Source: a bacterium
GTDB taxonomy: Bacteria; UBA8248; JACPRG01; G963555815
Length of the DNA stretch: 64,000 bases
Assembly: GCA_965218795.1 (NCBI GenBank)
Contig: OZ244653.1
Location: 1,792,001 to 1,856,000 of the forward strand
Reading direction: 5' to 3'
The position numbers and the translations under genes are program-made. The notes beneath the pieces are model-generated. The model saw nothing but the letters and a program-made list of their open reading frames with translations. It ran no database searches and was not told the origin of the DNA. This document shows, in pieces, positions 32,340 through 42,453 of this stretch; position 1 is the first letter of the stretch; the number at the start of each line of letters is the position of its first letter.

Positions 32340-33551
32340 ATGGCCGATACGCCGATCCTTCTCCGCGGGGGGAGGGTTCATACGCCTGACGGCCCGTCCG
32401 AACAGGCTGAGCTCCTCATCCGGGACGGACGCGTCGAGGCGTGCCAGCCGCGGATCCGGATCAGGCCCGAGATGGCCGTCCTCGATGTCCCGGGTCTCGA
32501 AGTCCTTCCCGGGTTTATCGATCTTCAGGTCAATGGAGGCGGCGGGCGGGCGATTCTGGAGGGCACGAGCGAGGCGATAGAATCGGTTGCCCGCGCCCTG
32601 CCCCCACAGGGTACGACTTCGTTCCTTCCAACGCTGATCAGCGCTCCCGAGGCCGATCTTCTCGACGCACTCGCCGCAATCCGTAAAGCTCGCGCCCATC
32701 TCTCCGCTAAAAAGGATCCCCCTGCCGAAGCGTCGATTTCGGGGGTCCACATGGAAGGGCCGTTCCTCAATCCAGAAATGGCCGGGGCCCACCCGGTCGG
32801 AGACATCCGCCCGCCTGATCCGGCGCTTTTTCACCGCATGGCGGACGCCTGGGCCGATGCGGACGGACCGCCCTCCGGACCCGCGTTTCTGACCTTCGCC
32901 CCCGAAATCGAGGGTTCGATGGATCTTCTGGAAGCGGCTCTCCAACGGGGCTGGCTGCTCTCCTTCGGCCATACCCGGGCCACCTATGACGAGGCGGCTC
33001 TAGCCGTGGAGCGGGGGGTTCGCCTGGCCACGCACGTATTCAATCGAATGGGGGGCTTCCACCATCGAGAGCCGGGAGTCATCGGTCTGGCCCTGACCGA
33101 CGCAAGGGTGCAGTGCGGATTGATCGCCGACGGCATTCACGTCCATCCCGCAACCCTTCAAGCCGCCCTGCGACTGAAGGGGCCGGGCGGGGCGTTCCTG
33201 GTCTCCGACGCTACACCGGCGGGTGATTCACCGGTTGAATTTCCGGATCCGCACCGGATGGGCGGTACGGAGATTCAGCGTGAAGGCGACCGGCTCACGA
33301 CCGAAGGCGGGACGCTGGCCGGGGCGCTGTTGAGTCCCCGGCAGGCGCTTGAGAATGTCGTCCGATTTTGCGGATTCACCCTCGAAGAAGCGCTGCCCTG
33401 GGTAACTTCGACGCCCGCCCGGATCCTGGGTCTTGAGAAGCGGAAGGGGCAAATTGCCCCCGGGGCGGACGCCGATATCGTCATACTGGACCCGGACTGG
33501 GAGGTCCGATGGGTCTGCGTGGGAGGTCGAGTGGCGCTGGACCGCGTCTGA
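32340..33551 (+). CDS. nagA: N-acetylglucosamine-6-phosphate deacetylase
   Basis: PGFIDLQVNG, GTTSFLPTLIS, HMEGPFL, GAH, APE, THVFN.M, IADGIHVHP, LAG. Confidence 0.93.
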   Translation: MADTPILLRGGRVHTPDGPSEQAELLIRDGRVEACQPRIRIRPEMAVLDVPGLEVLPGFIDLQVNGGGGRAILEGTSEAIESVARALPPQGTTSFLPTLISAPEADLLDALAAIRKARAHLSAKKDPPAEASISGVHMEGPFLNPEMAGAHPVGDIRPPDPALFHRMADAWADADGPPSGPAFLTFAPEIEGSMDLLEAALQRGWLLSFGHTRATYDEAALAVERGVRLATHVFNRMGGFHHREPGVIGLALTDARVQCGLIADGIHVHPATLQAALRLKGPGGAFLVSDATPAGDSPVEFPDPHRMGGTEIQREGDRLTTEGGTLAGALLSPRQALENVVRFCGFTLEEALPWVTSTPARILGLEKRKGQIAPGADADIVILDPDWEVRWVCVGGRVALDRV

Positions 33552-33705
33552 TTCGAATCCAGGCCGCTCGGCCCCGATTCCGCATACCCTCCTGATGAAA
33601 ACCATCGCCGGGCCTCAAAAAACTTGTTCATCACCCGTGTGGACGGATAGAATTGATGCGGGCTGATTGTGCGGCAGCGATGGGCAGGGGCGTTGGAGGT
33701 CGATA

Positions 33706-35364
33706 TTGTCGGAAGGGTTCGACATCCTCTTTCGGAGGGCCAGAATTTTCGATGGTCTGGGTGGGGAACCTTTTGAAGGAGAGGTGGCGGTCCGTGGAGA
33801 CGAGATTGCCGCGGTCCGGAGGTCCCCGGCCGAAGGAGGGTCGTCCCGCCGTTCCCCCGGCCGGTCTCACGAGCTGACCGCCCGGCGGGAGCTCGATCTG
33901 AACGGCAAAGCCCTCTGTCCGGGTTTCATCGATATTCATTCCCATTCCGATTATTCCCTCCTCATCAACCCCCTTGCGGAGAGCAAGGTCCGGCAGGGAG
34001 TGACTACTGAGGTGGGCGGCAACTGTGGATACTCCGCCGCACCCGTCGCGGGAGAGGCCAAGGAGGAACGGCGTGACCTTTATCGGACCCGCTATGACTT
34101 CGACCCGGATTTCTCCGAGGTCAAGGATTATCTGGAGCGGATGGATGAGGCCGGCATATCAGTCAATTACGTCCACCAGGTGGGGCACAACACCATCCGT
34201 CAATCCGTCATGGGCGGCGTCGACCGGCCGCCTTCCCAGGCAGAGCTCGACGAGATGACCGGCATGGTCGAGGACGGTTTGGCCCAGGGGGCTTTCGGCA
34301 TTTCAACGGGTCTGGTCTACGCCCCGGCATGCTTCTCCTCCATGGAGGAGACAACTACGCTCGTCTCCGCGGCTGCAAAACACGGCGGATTTTTCAGCGT
34401 GCACATGCGAAGCGAGGGCGCCCTGCTCATCGAATCCATCGATGAAGTCCTGACGGTCTGTCGAGAAAGCGGGGCGCGGCTGCAGATTTCCCATCTCAAG
34501 ACCGCCGGGCGCGCCAACTGGAACAAAATCGACGAGGCCTTCGAACACATTGAACGGGCAGCGGCGTCCGGGGTGGATGTGGCTTGCGACCGGTATCCCT
34601 ACACCGCCTCCAACACCCATCTCTCCGCTCTTCTGCCCGACTGGGTCCATGAGGGGGGAAAGGCGAAGACGTTGGCAAGACTCAAAGATGAGACCGACCG
34701 TCAGCGAATCCGCGAGGCCTGGCGGGAAAGGGTCTGGGACCACGTCGTTATCTCTCTGGTCAGCCAGGGTGACAACAAGCGGTTCGAGGGGAAACCCGTG
34801 TCGTCCTGCGCCGAGGCACGGGGCGTGGAACCGCCGGATTTCGCAATGGACCTTCTCGTCGCCGAAGGGCTTTGGGTCGAAATCCTCCTGCTCCATCTCA
34901 TGGATGAAGGCAACCTCAGAAGGATCCTCAAGAAGCCGTATGTGTTGATCGGTTCCGATGCCGAGGCCCGGGCTCATTACGGCGTCCTTGGCGAAGGGGT
35001 TCCTCATCCGCGCGGCTTCGGGACCTTTCCGCGCGTTCTGGGGGCGCTGGTCCGCGGGGAAGGCCTCATGCCGCTGTCCGAAGCGATCGCCCGAATGACC
35101 TGGCTTCCGGCGCGGCGGGTGGGCCTGTCGCAAAGGGGATGCATCTCCACGGGGATGAAGGCCGACCTGGTGGCCTTCGATCCGGAGCGAATCCACGATA
35201 CGTCCACTTTCGAGTCATCCATCCGGTATCCTGAAGGCATTCACCATGTCCTGGTCAATGGGCGGCTCACCATCGAGGATGGCGCGCACCTGGGCGTGCG
35301 CGGCGGTCGATCCTTGCGCATGGGCGATGGGCATTCCAGTCGGAGGGAACCCCCCGTATGCTGA
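33706..35364 (+). CDS. N-acyl-D-amino-acid deacylase (D-aminoacylase)
   Basis: PGFIDIHSHSD, QGVTTEV.GNCG, HMRSE, ISHLK, YPYTA, IGSD, HPRGFGTFPR; TTG start after GGAGG. Confidence 0.92.
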   Translation: MSEGFDILFRRARIFDGLGGEPFEGEVAVRGDEIAAVRRSPAEGGSSRRSPGRSHELTARRELDLNGKALCPGFIDIHSHSDYSLLINPLAESKVRQGVTTEVGGNCGYSAAPVAGEAKEERRDLYRTRYDFDPDFSEVKDYLERMDEAGISVNYVHQVGHNTIRQSVMGGVDRPPSQAELDEMTGMVEDGLAQGAFGISTGLVYAPACFSSMEETTTLVSAAAKHGGFFSVHMRSEGALLIESIDEVLTVCRESGARLQISHLKTAGRANWNKIDEAFEHIERAAASGVDVACDRYPYTASNTHLSALLPDWVHEGGKAKTLARLKDETDRQRIREAWRERVWDHVVISLVSQGDNKRFEGKPVSSCAEARGVEPPDFAMDLLVAEGLWVEILLLHLMDEGNLRRILKKPYVLIGSDAEARAHYGVLGEGVPHPRGFGTFPRVLGALVRGEGLMPLSEAIARMTWLPARRVGLSQRGCISTGMKADLVAFDPERIHDTSTFESSIRYPEGIHHVLVNGRLTIEDGAHLGVRGGRSLRMGDGHSSRREPPVC

Positions 35365-37223
35365 CCCTCCTGATTGTTTCCTTTCTTATTGGCGCAGGGA
35401 TCGCGTCCGTTCTGATCCTGACCTTCCGAACACGAAATGCCCTGCGCAACAAAAGAGATGCGGATCCTGAATACGAAAACGAACTCATCAGCGCAGATGT
35501 GGAAGAGATCGACGAGCCGTCGGTCAAAAGCCCAGCCACATTGCGCCTCCGCACCAGACCCGGTACCGCGATGCCGAAGCCCATCTCCCGAGAGAACGAT
35601 CCCGCCGCCCGGACCCTCAGCCTCGGCGGAGACCTTCCAGAAAGCGCAGCTGAAAGCATGGGCGCTGAGACGGTCCCCGCGCAGGAGGATGAGACGAGGC
35701 AGGTTGAGACAGAGGAGGCATTCTCCGGCGTTTCCGGGCCGTCCGATCTGGAAAGGGAGCTCCTTTCATCGGACCAAGAACCCTTGGAGGCGCCGGAAGG
35801 CCAGTCCGCCACGCCGCAGCGCCCTCCGAATTTTCAACCCCTTGAAGATGAGGGGTTCTCTGAACCCGGGATCATCGAAACCTTGGAGCGCCCGGCCGGC
35901 GAATCGGAGGAAACCGCCGAACCGCCATTGCTGACACAGGACCCGCTGGACCCCTCTGAAACCTTGGAAGAGAGCCCCTCCGAGACGGGGGGGCATCGGA
36001 CCTCTGGCGTCCCCTCGCTCCTCAACAGATTGGAACAATTGACAAAAGAGTACAACTTTCCGGACCCGCCTCTGCTTGATTCATGGCGGCCGCTGGACTC
36101 CGAGACCCATCAGGAAAACGAATCTGAAATCGTCTCCAGCGGCGTGGGGCTGTCAAAATCCTTCGCCCAAGAGTTTCACGAAATCTTAAAAGGTCTGGAT
36201 AAGGAGGAAGGCAAAGGAGAGGTGATTCCGCCGGACTCGTATTACCTTCTGGCTTTGTTTGCTTTTTACGCCGGAGAATTCGAATCCGCGGTGGCCTACC
36301 TTCAAATAGCGCTGGATTCAGGGACGGACCCCGCCCGCCCGCTCAACCTCCTGGGCTTGGTCTACCACTTGCAAGGATTTGAAACCGAGGCCGAATCCAG
36401 GCTTCAAGAGGCGGCGGAGACGGCCGGCGCTCCACTTTCCGACAGGGCGATCATCCTGACGAATCTGGGTCTGGTCTCCACCTATCGGCGGGCGCCGGAT
36501 GACGCCTTGGGGTACTATGCCCAGGCCCTGGAAATTCACCACCGGCTGGAGAACAAATCCGAGGCTGCGGAGACTCTGAGTCGGATGGGACGTCTGTGCC
36601 GAGCCAAGCATGCACTCTATGAAGCCTCCAAGTACCACCACGAGGGACTAGAGATCTGGCGTTCCCAGGGCGACCGGGCCAAGGTGGCGCTGGAGTTGCG
36701 TCTCCTGGCGGCGGTCCTCAGGGAGAAGGGAGACTACCCCGACGCCCTGGACCTGAGCGAGCGAGCGCTGGCCATGAACCGCGAGTCGGGCGATGTGCGC
36801 GAAGAGGCCATCAACCTGGGGAACATCGGGCTCATCTACAGCACCGAAAAAGATTGGCCCAAAGCGGTGGAATACTTTTACGCCGGTCTCTCGCTACATC
36901 GACAGGTTGAAAACTTACGGGGGGAAGCGGGCAGCCTGGGAAACATCGGCAACATCTTTTTCCTTCAGGGAAAGACGGAAGAATCCCTGAGGTCTTATTT
37001 GCGCGCATTGGAAATCAATCGTCAGATCGGATACTTCTGGGGAGAGGCCGTTGATTTAGGGAATATCGGAAAGATCCAGATGCACCTGGGCGACTCGGCG
37101 GCGGCCGCAGAAAATCTTCGGGAAGCCCGCCGGCTTTTCATCGAGTTGAACGCTACAGCTCAGGCGGAGGCCGTACAGACGACCCTTCAAGAGATGGGCG
37201 CCCTCGAGCCTCGGGAATACTAG
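35358..37223 (+). CDS. membrane-anchored TPR protein
   Basis: N-terminal TM, acidic Pro-rich linker, about 40-aa TPR repeats (EA..LGNIG.IY). Confidence 0.85.
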   Translation: MLTLLIVSFLIGAGIASVLILTFRTRNALRNKRDADPEYENELISADVEEIDEPSVKSPATLRLRTRPGTAMPKPISRENDPAARTLSLGGDLPESAAESMGAETVPAQEDETRQVETEEAFSGVSGPSDLERELLSSDQEPLEAPEGQSATPQRPPNFQPLEDEGFSEPGIIETLERPAGESEETAEPPLLTQDPLDPSETLEESPSETGGHRTSGVPSLLNRLEQLTKEYNFPDPPLLDSWRPLDSETHQENESEIVSSGVGLSKSFAQEFHEILKGLDKEEGKGEVIPPDSYYLLALFAFYAGEFESAVAYLQIALDSGTDPARPLNLLGLVYHLQGFETEAESRLQEAAETAGAPLSDRAIILTNLGLVSTYRRAPDDALGYYAQALEIHHRLENKSEAAETLSRMGRLCRAKHALYEASKYHHEGLEIWRSQGDRAKVALELRLLAAVLREKGDYPDALDLSERALAMNRESGDVREEAINLGNIGLIYSTEKDWPKAVEYFYAGLSLHRQVENLRGEAGSLGNIGNIFFLQGKTEESLRSYLRALEINRQIGYFWGEAVDLGNIGKIQMHLGDSAAAAENLREARRLFIELNATAQAEAVQTTLQEMGALEPREY

Positions 37224-37561
37224 GCATACGGCGCCTTGTCGTTTCCGCCTGGGCAACTGTCCTGGCGGCGCCGTACAGAACTTCACCTTCCCCTCCACCC
37301 GCGAGTTGACGGGATGCCGAATCGCATGAGAGGAAAGCCGCCTTCCGAAACCGCGAAGAATTCATGGCTTGAACCCTGGTAAGTTCAGCCGACAAAAAAT
37401 CGAAATGACCGCCCGCAGAGTTGGCGGATCGGTCCATTCATTTTATTCTGCAAATTTCGGTCCAGGGGGCGCAGCGAGATGGTCTTGACCCTATCCGGAA
37501 CGGGCGGCAGAGCCTATCCTGTCAGGAGAAAGGTTCAATCAGAGTGATGGAGGTCAGCTGA

Positions 37562-37960
37562 ATGGTTCGACGACTCGTTTCGGTTTCTCTTGCCGTGTCT
37601 CTTGCCGTGTCTCTTGTCTGCGTCAGCGGCGTCCCTCTCGCCGCACAATCGGCTTTTCGGCTCCCGGCGGCTCTCATGATCAGCTTTCTGAATCGAACCC
37701 AGCAAATCGCCTACGCCATCGGAGTCAGCGATTGGGAGCGCCTCCAAGCGGAGTCCGAAGGACTGGCGAACGATACGGATTCCTACGCCAAGCTGATTCC
37801 TCCCGGCATTCCCATGGCCAGTCAACTGCGGGATTTTCGGGCAGGCGTTCAGGCCCTGATTGGAGCGGCGGGGAGACGGGACGGGGAGGAAATCGGACGC
37901 TGGCTGGGCACAATCGAATCCGGATGCATCAAGTGCCACAAGCTGTACCGCGACCTTTGA
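37562..37960 (+). CDS. class II cytochrome c (cytochrome c'-like)
   Basis: signal peptide, helical body, C-terminal CIKCHKLYR heme motif; SD GGAGG. Confidence 0.8.
   Translation: MVRRLVSVSLAVSLAVSLVCVSGVPLAAQSAFRLPAALMISFLNRTQQIAYAIGVSDWERLQAESEGLANDTDSYAKLIPPGIPMASQLRDFRAGVQALIGAAGRRDGEEIGRWLGTIESGCIKCHKLYRDL
37586..37616 (+). repeat. 12-bp tandem repeat in the signal-peptide coding region
   Basis: (TCTCTTGCCGTG)x2 plus a partial third unit, encoding SLAVSLAVSL. Confidence 0.8.
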
Positions 37961-38019
37961 GACGGCCCGCCTGCCGACTCAACCGACCTTTCCGGATGCC
38001 CGTGGCCTTTTCTTGGGGC

Positions 38020-38107
38020 GGTCCCTGAAACCCCAGGGGTTCAGGGACCCATCACTCCCCCCTTGAGGGGGAGTCGAAAAACCCGAGCGGGTTTTTCGGT
38101 GGGGGGC
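38020..38107. repeat. REP-like palindrome cluster between convergent genes
   Basis: GGTCCCTGAA..TTCAGGGACC, ACTCCCCCTTGAGGGGGAGT, GAAAAACCCG-AG-CGGGTTTTTC. Confidence 0.7.
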
Positions 38108-38165
38108 GGGTGGGCATGACATGAGAGGACCCACAGGCCGCGCTTCCATCATGCCCGACGGCGGT

Positions 38166-38504
38166 TCAGGGAACCGCCGGGTCAGGCGCCCAGGAATACT
38201 CGATACGCTCCACGCGCCGCCCTTCGCTCATCGCGTCGATGATCTCCGGAACGTCGTCGGGCTGAATTCCGCAATACCAGGTCCCCTCGGGATAGATGGC
38301 CACGGTCACGCCGGCGCCGCACGGCCCCAGGCAACTGGTTCCGGCCATCATCACCTTGTCCCAGAGATTTCGTTTTCCAATTTCATCGGCGAACCGCATC
38401 ATGCATTCCTGGGCGCCCTGCGGCCCGCAGGAACCTCGCGGATGTCCTTCGGGACGCTTGTTGTTGCAGATAAAGATGTAATGCGCGGGTCCCCTGGGTT
38501 CCAT
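38166..38504 (-). CDS. thioredoxin-like (2Fe-2S) ferredoxin
   Basis: IFICNNKR...GSC, SCLGPC, IYPEGTWY. Confidence 0.9.
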   Translation of the reverse strand: MEPRGPAHYIFICNNKRPEGHPRGSCGPQGAQECMMRFADEIGKRNLWDKVMMAGTSCLGPCGAGVTVAIYPEGTWYCGIQPDDVPEIIDAMSEGRRVERIEYSWAPDPAVP

Positions 38505-38646
38505 GCGTTCTCCTTCCTTGACCAGGCGATGGTTTCCTGTGCAATCACGGCCCTGTTCGAAAGAAGGGGACGGTGAATCCGTCCCCTTCCGAAGCCACTC
38601 CATATCTTTCAGCAGTCCCGCCGCCGGGGATCCCGGACACGGTTCT

Positions 38647-39255
38647 CTAGGCGGCGCCCAGACGGACGTTCACCGCGTCCCAGTTGACGACGTTCCACCA
38701 GGCGGCGATGTAATCGGGGCGACGATTCTGGTAATTCAGGTAATAGGCGTGCTCCCAGACGTCAATGCCGAGCAGAGGCGTCAGGCCCTCGGTGCGGGGG
38801 CTCGTCTGGTTGGGCATGGCCTTGATCGAAACCTCTCCACCCTGGGCGACCAGCCAGCCCCAGCCACTCCCCTGGACGCCGGTCGCCGCCTTGCTGAATT
38901 GCTCTTTGAAGGAGGCGAAATCGCCAAAGGCCGCATGAATGGCATCCGCAACGGCTCCGGTCGCATCTCCGCCCCCGTTGGGCGACATGGTCTTCCAGAA
39001 GATGTTGTGGTTGTCGGTCCCGCCGCCATTGAAATTTACGCCGCCCCGGACATCCTCCGGAACACTGCTGATGTTGGCCAGCAGTTCCTCCACCGACATC
39101 GATGCGAGGTCGCCGCCGAGCTTTTCCAGGATACCGTTCACGTTGTTGATATAGGTCTGGTGATGCTTGCTGTGGTGAATCTCCATGGTTCGGGCATCGA
39201 TATGAGGCTCCAGCGCGTCATAGGCATAGTCCAACTTCGGCAACTCATAAGCCAT
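38647..39255 (-). CDS. sod: Fe/Mn superoxide dismutase
   Basis: [27 protein letters not shown]. Confidence 0.97.
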   Translation of the reverse strand: MAYELPKLDYAYDALEPHIDARTMEIHHSKHHQTYINNVNGILEKLGGDLASMSVEELLANISSVPEDVRGGVNFNGGGTDNHNIFWKTMSPNGGGDATGAVADAIHAAFGDFASFKEQFSKAATGVQGSGWGWLVAQGGEVSIKAMPNQTSPRTEGLTPLLGIDVWEHAYYLNYQNRRPDYIAAWWNVVNWDAVNVRLGAA

Positions 39256-39386
39256 TTTCAGGTTCTCCCATCTGGACAACGTAATGGAGGGGAAGCCGAC
39301 CGCTTCGGCTCACCTTCACACCCACGCTCGCCGGCACGCCCGGGGCGCAGGTCGGCGAATTTCCGGTAAGAATTGTTACCATGAAC

Positions 39387-39414
39387 ATTCTAATACGGTC
39401 AGGGGGCTTGTCAA
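39387..39414 (-). promoter_or_regulatory. putative sigma70 promoter of sod
   Basis: minus strand TTGACA-N16-TAGAAT. Confidence 0.65.
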
Positions 39415-39415
39415 C

Positions 39416-40366
39416 TATACCCATGATCAGGGCCGGCTATATCTCGAGAAGATGCTGCCCAACGTGCAGACGGCAGTCACCGAAAACGTCCCCGAAGGGG
39501 GCGAGTCAGAGCGGGTCATCAACCAGTACGCCCGCAGGGGTTACAATCTGATTTTCGCGACGAGCTTCGGCTACATGGACCCGACGATCCAGGTCGCCAA
39601 GAAGTTCCCCGATACAGTGTTCATGCACTGCTCCGGCTTCAAGACCGCCCCCAACGTGGGGACGTACTTCGGCCGCATGTATCAGGCGAAATACCTCGCC
39701 GGTCTGATAGCCGGCCATATGGCCAAGACCAACATTTTGGGGTACGTCGCGCCGCACCCCATCCCGGAGGTCATCCGGCACGTCAACGCCTACGCGCTCG
39801 GAGTCCGGGAAATCCGGCCGAACGCCAAGATCCACGTTGTATTCACGAATTCGTGGTATGACCCCGCCAAAGAACGCGAGGCTGCGGAGAGCCTGCTGGA
39901 CATCGGCTCGGACATCATGTCTCATGGGCAGGACTCCCCGGCCACCATCCAGGCTGCAGCGAAGCGCGGTAAGTTTGTGTTCGGATACGACTCGGACATG
40001 ACGAAGTTCTCGCCGAAGTACCACTTGACCGCTCCCATGTGGAATTGGGGCATTCTATACGTCGCAATCGCCAAGGCCGTCCGTGCGGGGACGTGGAAAA
40101 ACGATCAAATATGGCCGGGCATGGAGAGCGGAGTCGCCACGCTCGCTCCGTTCAATAAAGCCATCCCCAAGAAGGTCGTTGACCTGATCAAGAAGAAGCG
40201 CAATGCCATCGAAACCGGAAAGCTCAAGGTTTTCCGAGGTCCTGTCAAGGATCAAGGCGGAAAGGTTATGATCCCGGCGGGCCGCTCCGCTGCCGATCCC
40301 GAAATGCTGAGCATGAGCTACTTCATCGAAGGGGTGGTGGGGACGCTGCCGAAGGGGGAAAAGTAG
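39416..40366 (+). pseudogene. 5'-truncated BMP family ABC substrate-binding protein (purine nucleoside-like)
   Basis: family-like sequence starts abruptly at YTHDQGR; TSFGY, HCSG, PIPEV, SWYDP present; no signal peptide or RBS. Confidence 0.75.
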
Positions 40367-40453
40367 ACGAATCCTCGCGAATGCCAGTCCGGGGCACTGC
40401 GTCGGTCCGCGATGGACTGCGTGGTTCCCGGCTGAATCCTGAATCGTTTGCTT

Positions 40454-40489
40454 AAACAAGCGGGCCGCCTTTTGGCGGCCCGCTTGTTT
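40454..40489. terminator. Rho-independent terminator
   Basis: AAACAAGCGGGCCGCC-TTTT-GGCGGCCCGCTTGTTT perfect 16-bp stem. Confidence 0.8.
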
Positions 40490-41076
40490 CTCCCCACCGC
40501 ACTCAGGTGATCCGACTCAAACCGCCTGTACCAAATTCCCGATGTCTGGCCTCTCTTCGTGTGCATCGCCGGTCGGAAGGGAATACCGCCCTCCTGGCGC
40601 ACAGGGAGGCAGCGCGGGCGATTTGGGTCCGATGAGAGCCAGAGGCCGGGAGGCTTCCACTCGGAGGCTGCCGAAAAACTCCGATGGTTTGCCGTTTTGG
40701 CCAAGAGCCGGACCTAACGAGGGGTCATTCCGAACGCAGCGAGGAATCCGCTCAAGCCGGGAAAACGGCCGAGAGAGGATCATCCAGGCCGCGAGTGTTC
40801 AAGCTGGAGCGGATTCGTCCTTGGGGACTCGCTGCACGTAGGTTCCATCGGCCTTCATATCCCACGCCTGCCGCTGGTCTTCCAGTGATATCTGCAAGAT
40901 TTCCCAAAGCTTGGCGCGAAGGAGCGGATCTTCCACCGGCACGATCGCCTCCACCCGTAAGGACAGATTGCGAAACATCCAATCGCTGGACCCGATAAAG
41001 AATTCCCCGCCCGCCGGGTCCGATACCGGGATGCGACGGTCGGCTGAAAATTCTTCCGCCCGGTTCAGGTTTCATA

Positions 41077-41724
41077 TCAGACCTGGGCCGGTTTTCGAGC
41101 CCCTTCGTTGATCAGCCTGAGAACCTCCTCGGTCGACAGCACCGCTCCGCAGTGATAGGCCACGTTTTTCAGCGTAGCCACGTGAAGCTCCTCGGAATAA
41201 CTGGCCGTTCCGTCGCTGACGACGATGACGTCGAAGTCAAGATTCCAGGCGTCACGCGCCGTGGATTCCACGCACACATTCGTGACCACTCCTGAGAGGA
41301 TGAGCGTTGTGATTCCGCGGTTCCGCAGCAGGACCTCCAGGTTTGTGTTGAAAAAGGCGCTGTACCTGCATTTTTCGACGACGAGCTCCGCCGCTTCGGG
41401 CGTGAGCTCATCCATCACGGCCGCCCCCCACGTGCCCCGGCGGCAAAGCCTGCGATCCCGCATCCGCTCCGGGACGATTTTGTGATGGCGGTCCTCGTAA
41501 GTGAACTCGTCGAAGATCATGGCCGTATACAGGACGAAAAGCCCCCGCGCCCGGCCGGCCTCAAGAAGCCGCTGGATGGCGGGAACGACTCCCTGCGCCG
41601 GGTCGATCGGAATTCCACGCTGATCGAAATCGCCGCCCGGCGAGCAGTAATCGTTCTGCATATCCACCACGACGAATGCGGTTTCGGCGGGATCGATTTG
41701 AATCGGCTGACTGCCCTCGGGCAT
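41077..41724 (-). CDS. cysteine hydrolase/isochorismatase family (RutB-like)
   Basis: VVDMQND, EK.RYSAF, GVVTNVCVESTARDA. Confidence 0.93.
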   Translation of the reverse strand: MPEGSQPIQIDPAETAFVVVDMQNDYCSPGGDFDQRGIPIDPAQGVVPAIQRLLEAGRARGLFVLYTAMIFDEFTYEDRHHKIVPERMRDRRLCRRGTWGAAVMDELTPEAAELVVEKCRYSAFFNTNLEVLLRNRGITTLILSGVVTNVCVESTARDAWNLDFDVIVVSDGTASYSEELHVATLKNVAYHCGAVLSTEEVLRLINEGARKPAQV

Positions 41725-42165
41725 CGCTCACTCCTCCATCCCCGTGGTTCACAAATTCGTCCGTTGACGAAAAACTCATCAAGGATAGGATAACCGAAAC
41801 AGAATGATTGGGGACACCGATTCTCGACGAGCCGGCTGCAAGAGAGCCAATCGGGGCGGAACAATCGGGTGAGACTCACGAGCCGGATCGCGACAAAGAG
41901 GGAGGATGCACGGATCATCTCGATCGAAGGGGAAACCCGATGAAGAAATTGAAGAGATCATTGGATTCTTTCACTTCCGATTCTCTATATTCCCGTCGTC
42001 CACTTTCCCTTTCACGCCGAGGGACGTTACTCTTTTCAGGGACGCTCTTTCCTCTTGATTGATGTTGCCGTCGCGCTTCTCCTCATCTGGAAGGCGGTGA
42101 AGGATCGAGCGCCCTCGCTGTTCGCCTGGCTCAATCAAGACAAGGTTGCGCTCTCATCCGGAGGA

Positions 42166-42229
42166 CGTTTTCCCGACCATCCCTCTCCCTCTGGGAGAGG
42201 GTGGCCGAAGGGCGGGTGAGGGCGTTCGA
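42166..42229 (+). repeat. 64-bp REP-like repeat, copy A
   Basis: CGTTTTCCCG...CCCTCTCCC-TCT-GGGAGAGGG-TGGCCGAAGGGCGGGTGAGGGCGTTCGA. Confidence 0.8.
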
Positions 42230-42453
42230 AGGCAGGGTTTTACGCTGGATGCGGACGTGCGCTTCCAGAATGGTGGAACGGGTCGGCATGCTATAATTTC
42301 AATCAGTTCAATCCACCCTGAGGGCGTTCGAATGGACAGGGGGTTCATTGACGCCGCGCTCGTCACCGTAAGCGCCGCTGGCGATTTTTTCAGACCCGCT
42401 CCTCCAGCCCGGGCATCCGGTCGCCGGGCGGAACAGACGCTGGGAGATTCATT

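Noticed and set aside
40490-41070. Long intergenic region as possible ncRNA
   Set aside because: Only a REP-like GTCATTCCGAACGCAGCGAGGAATCC fragment and decayed sequence; no recognisable tRNA, tmRNA or riboswitch motif.
41730-42160. Possible gene or riboswitch between the cysteine hydrolase and LLM genes
   Set aside because: No convincing ORF or conserved RNA motif recognised.
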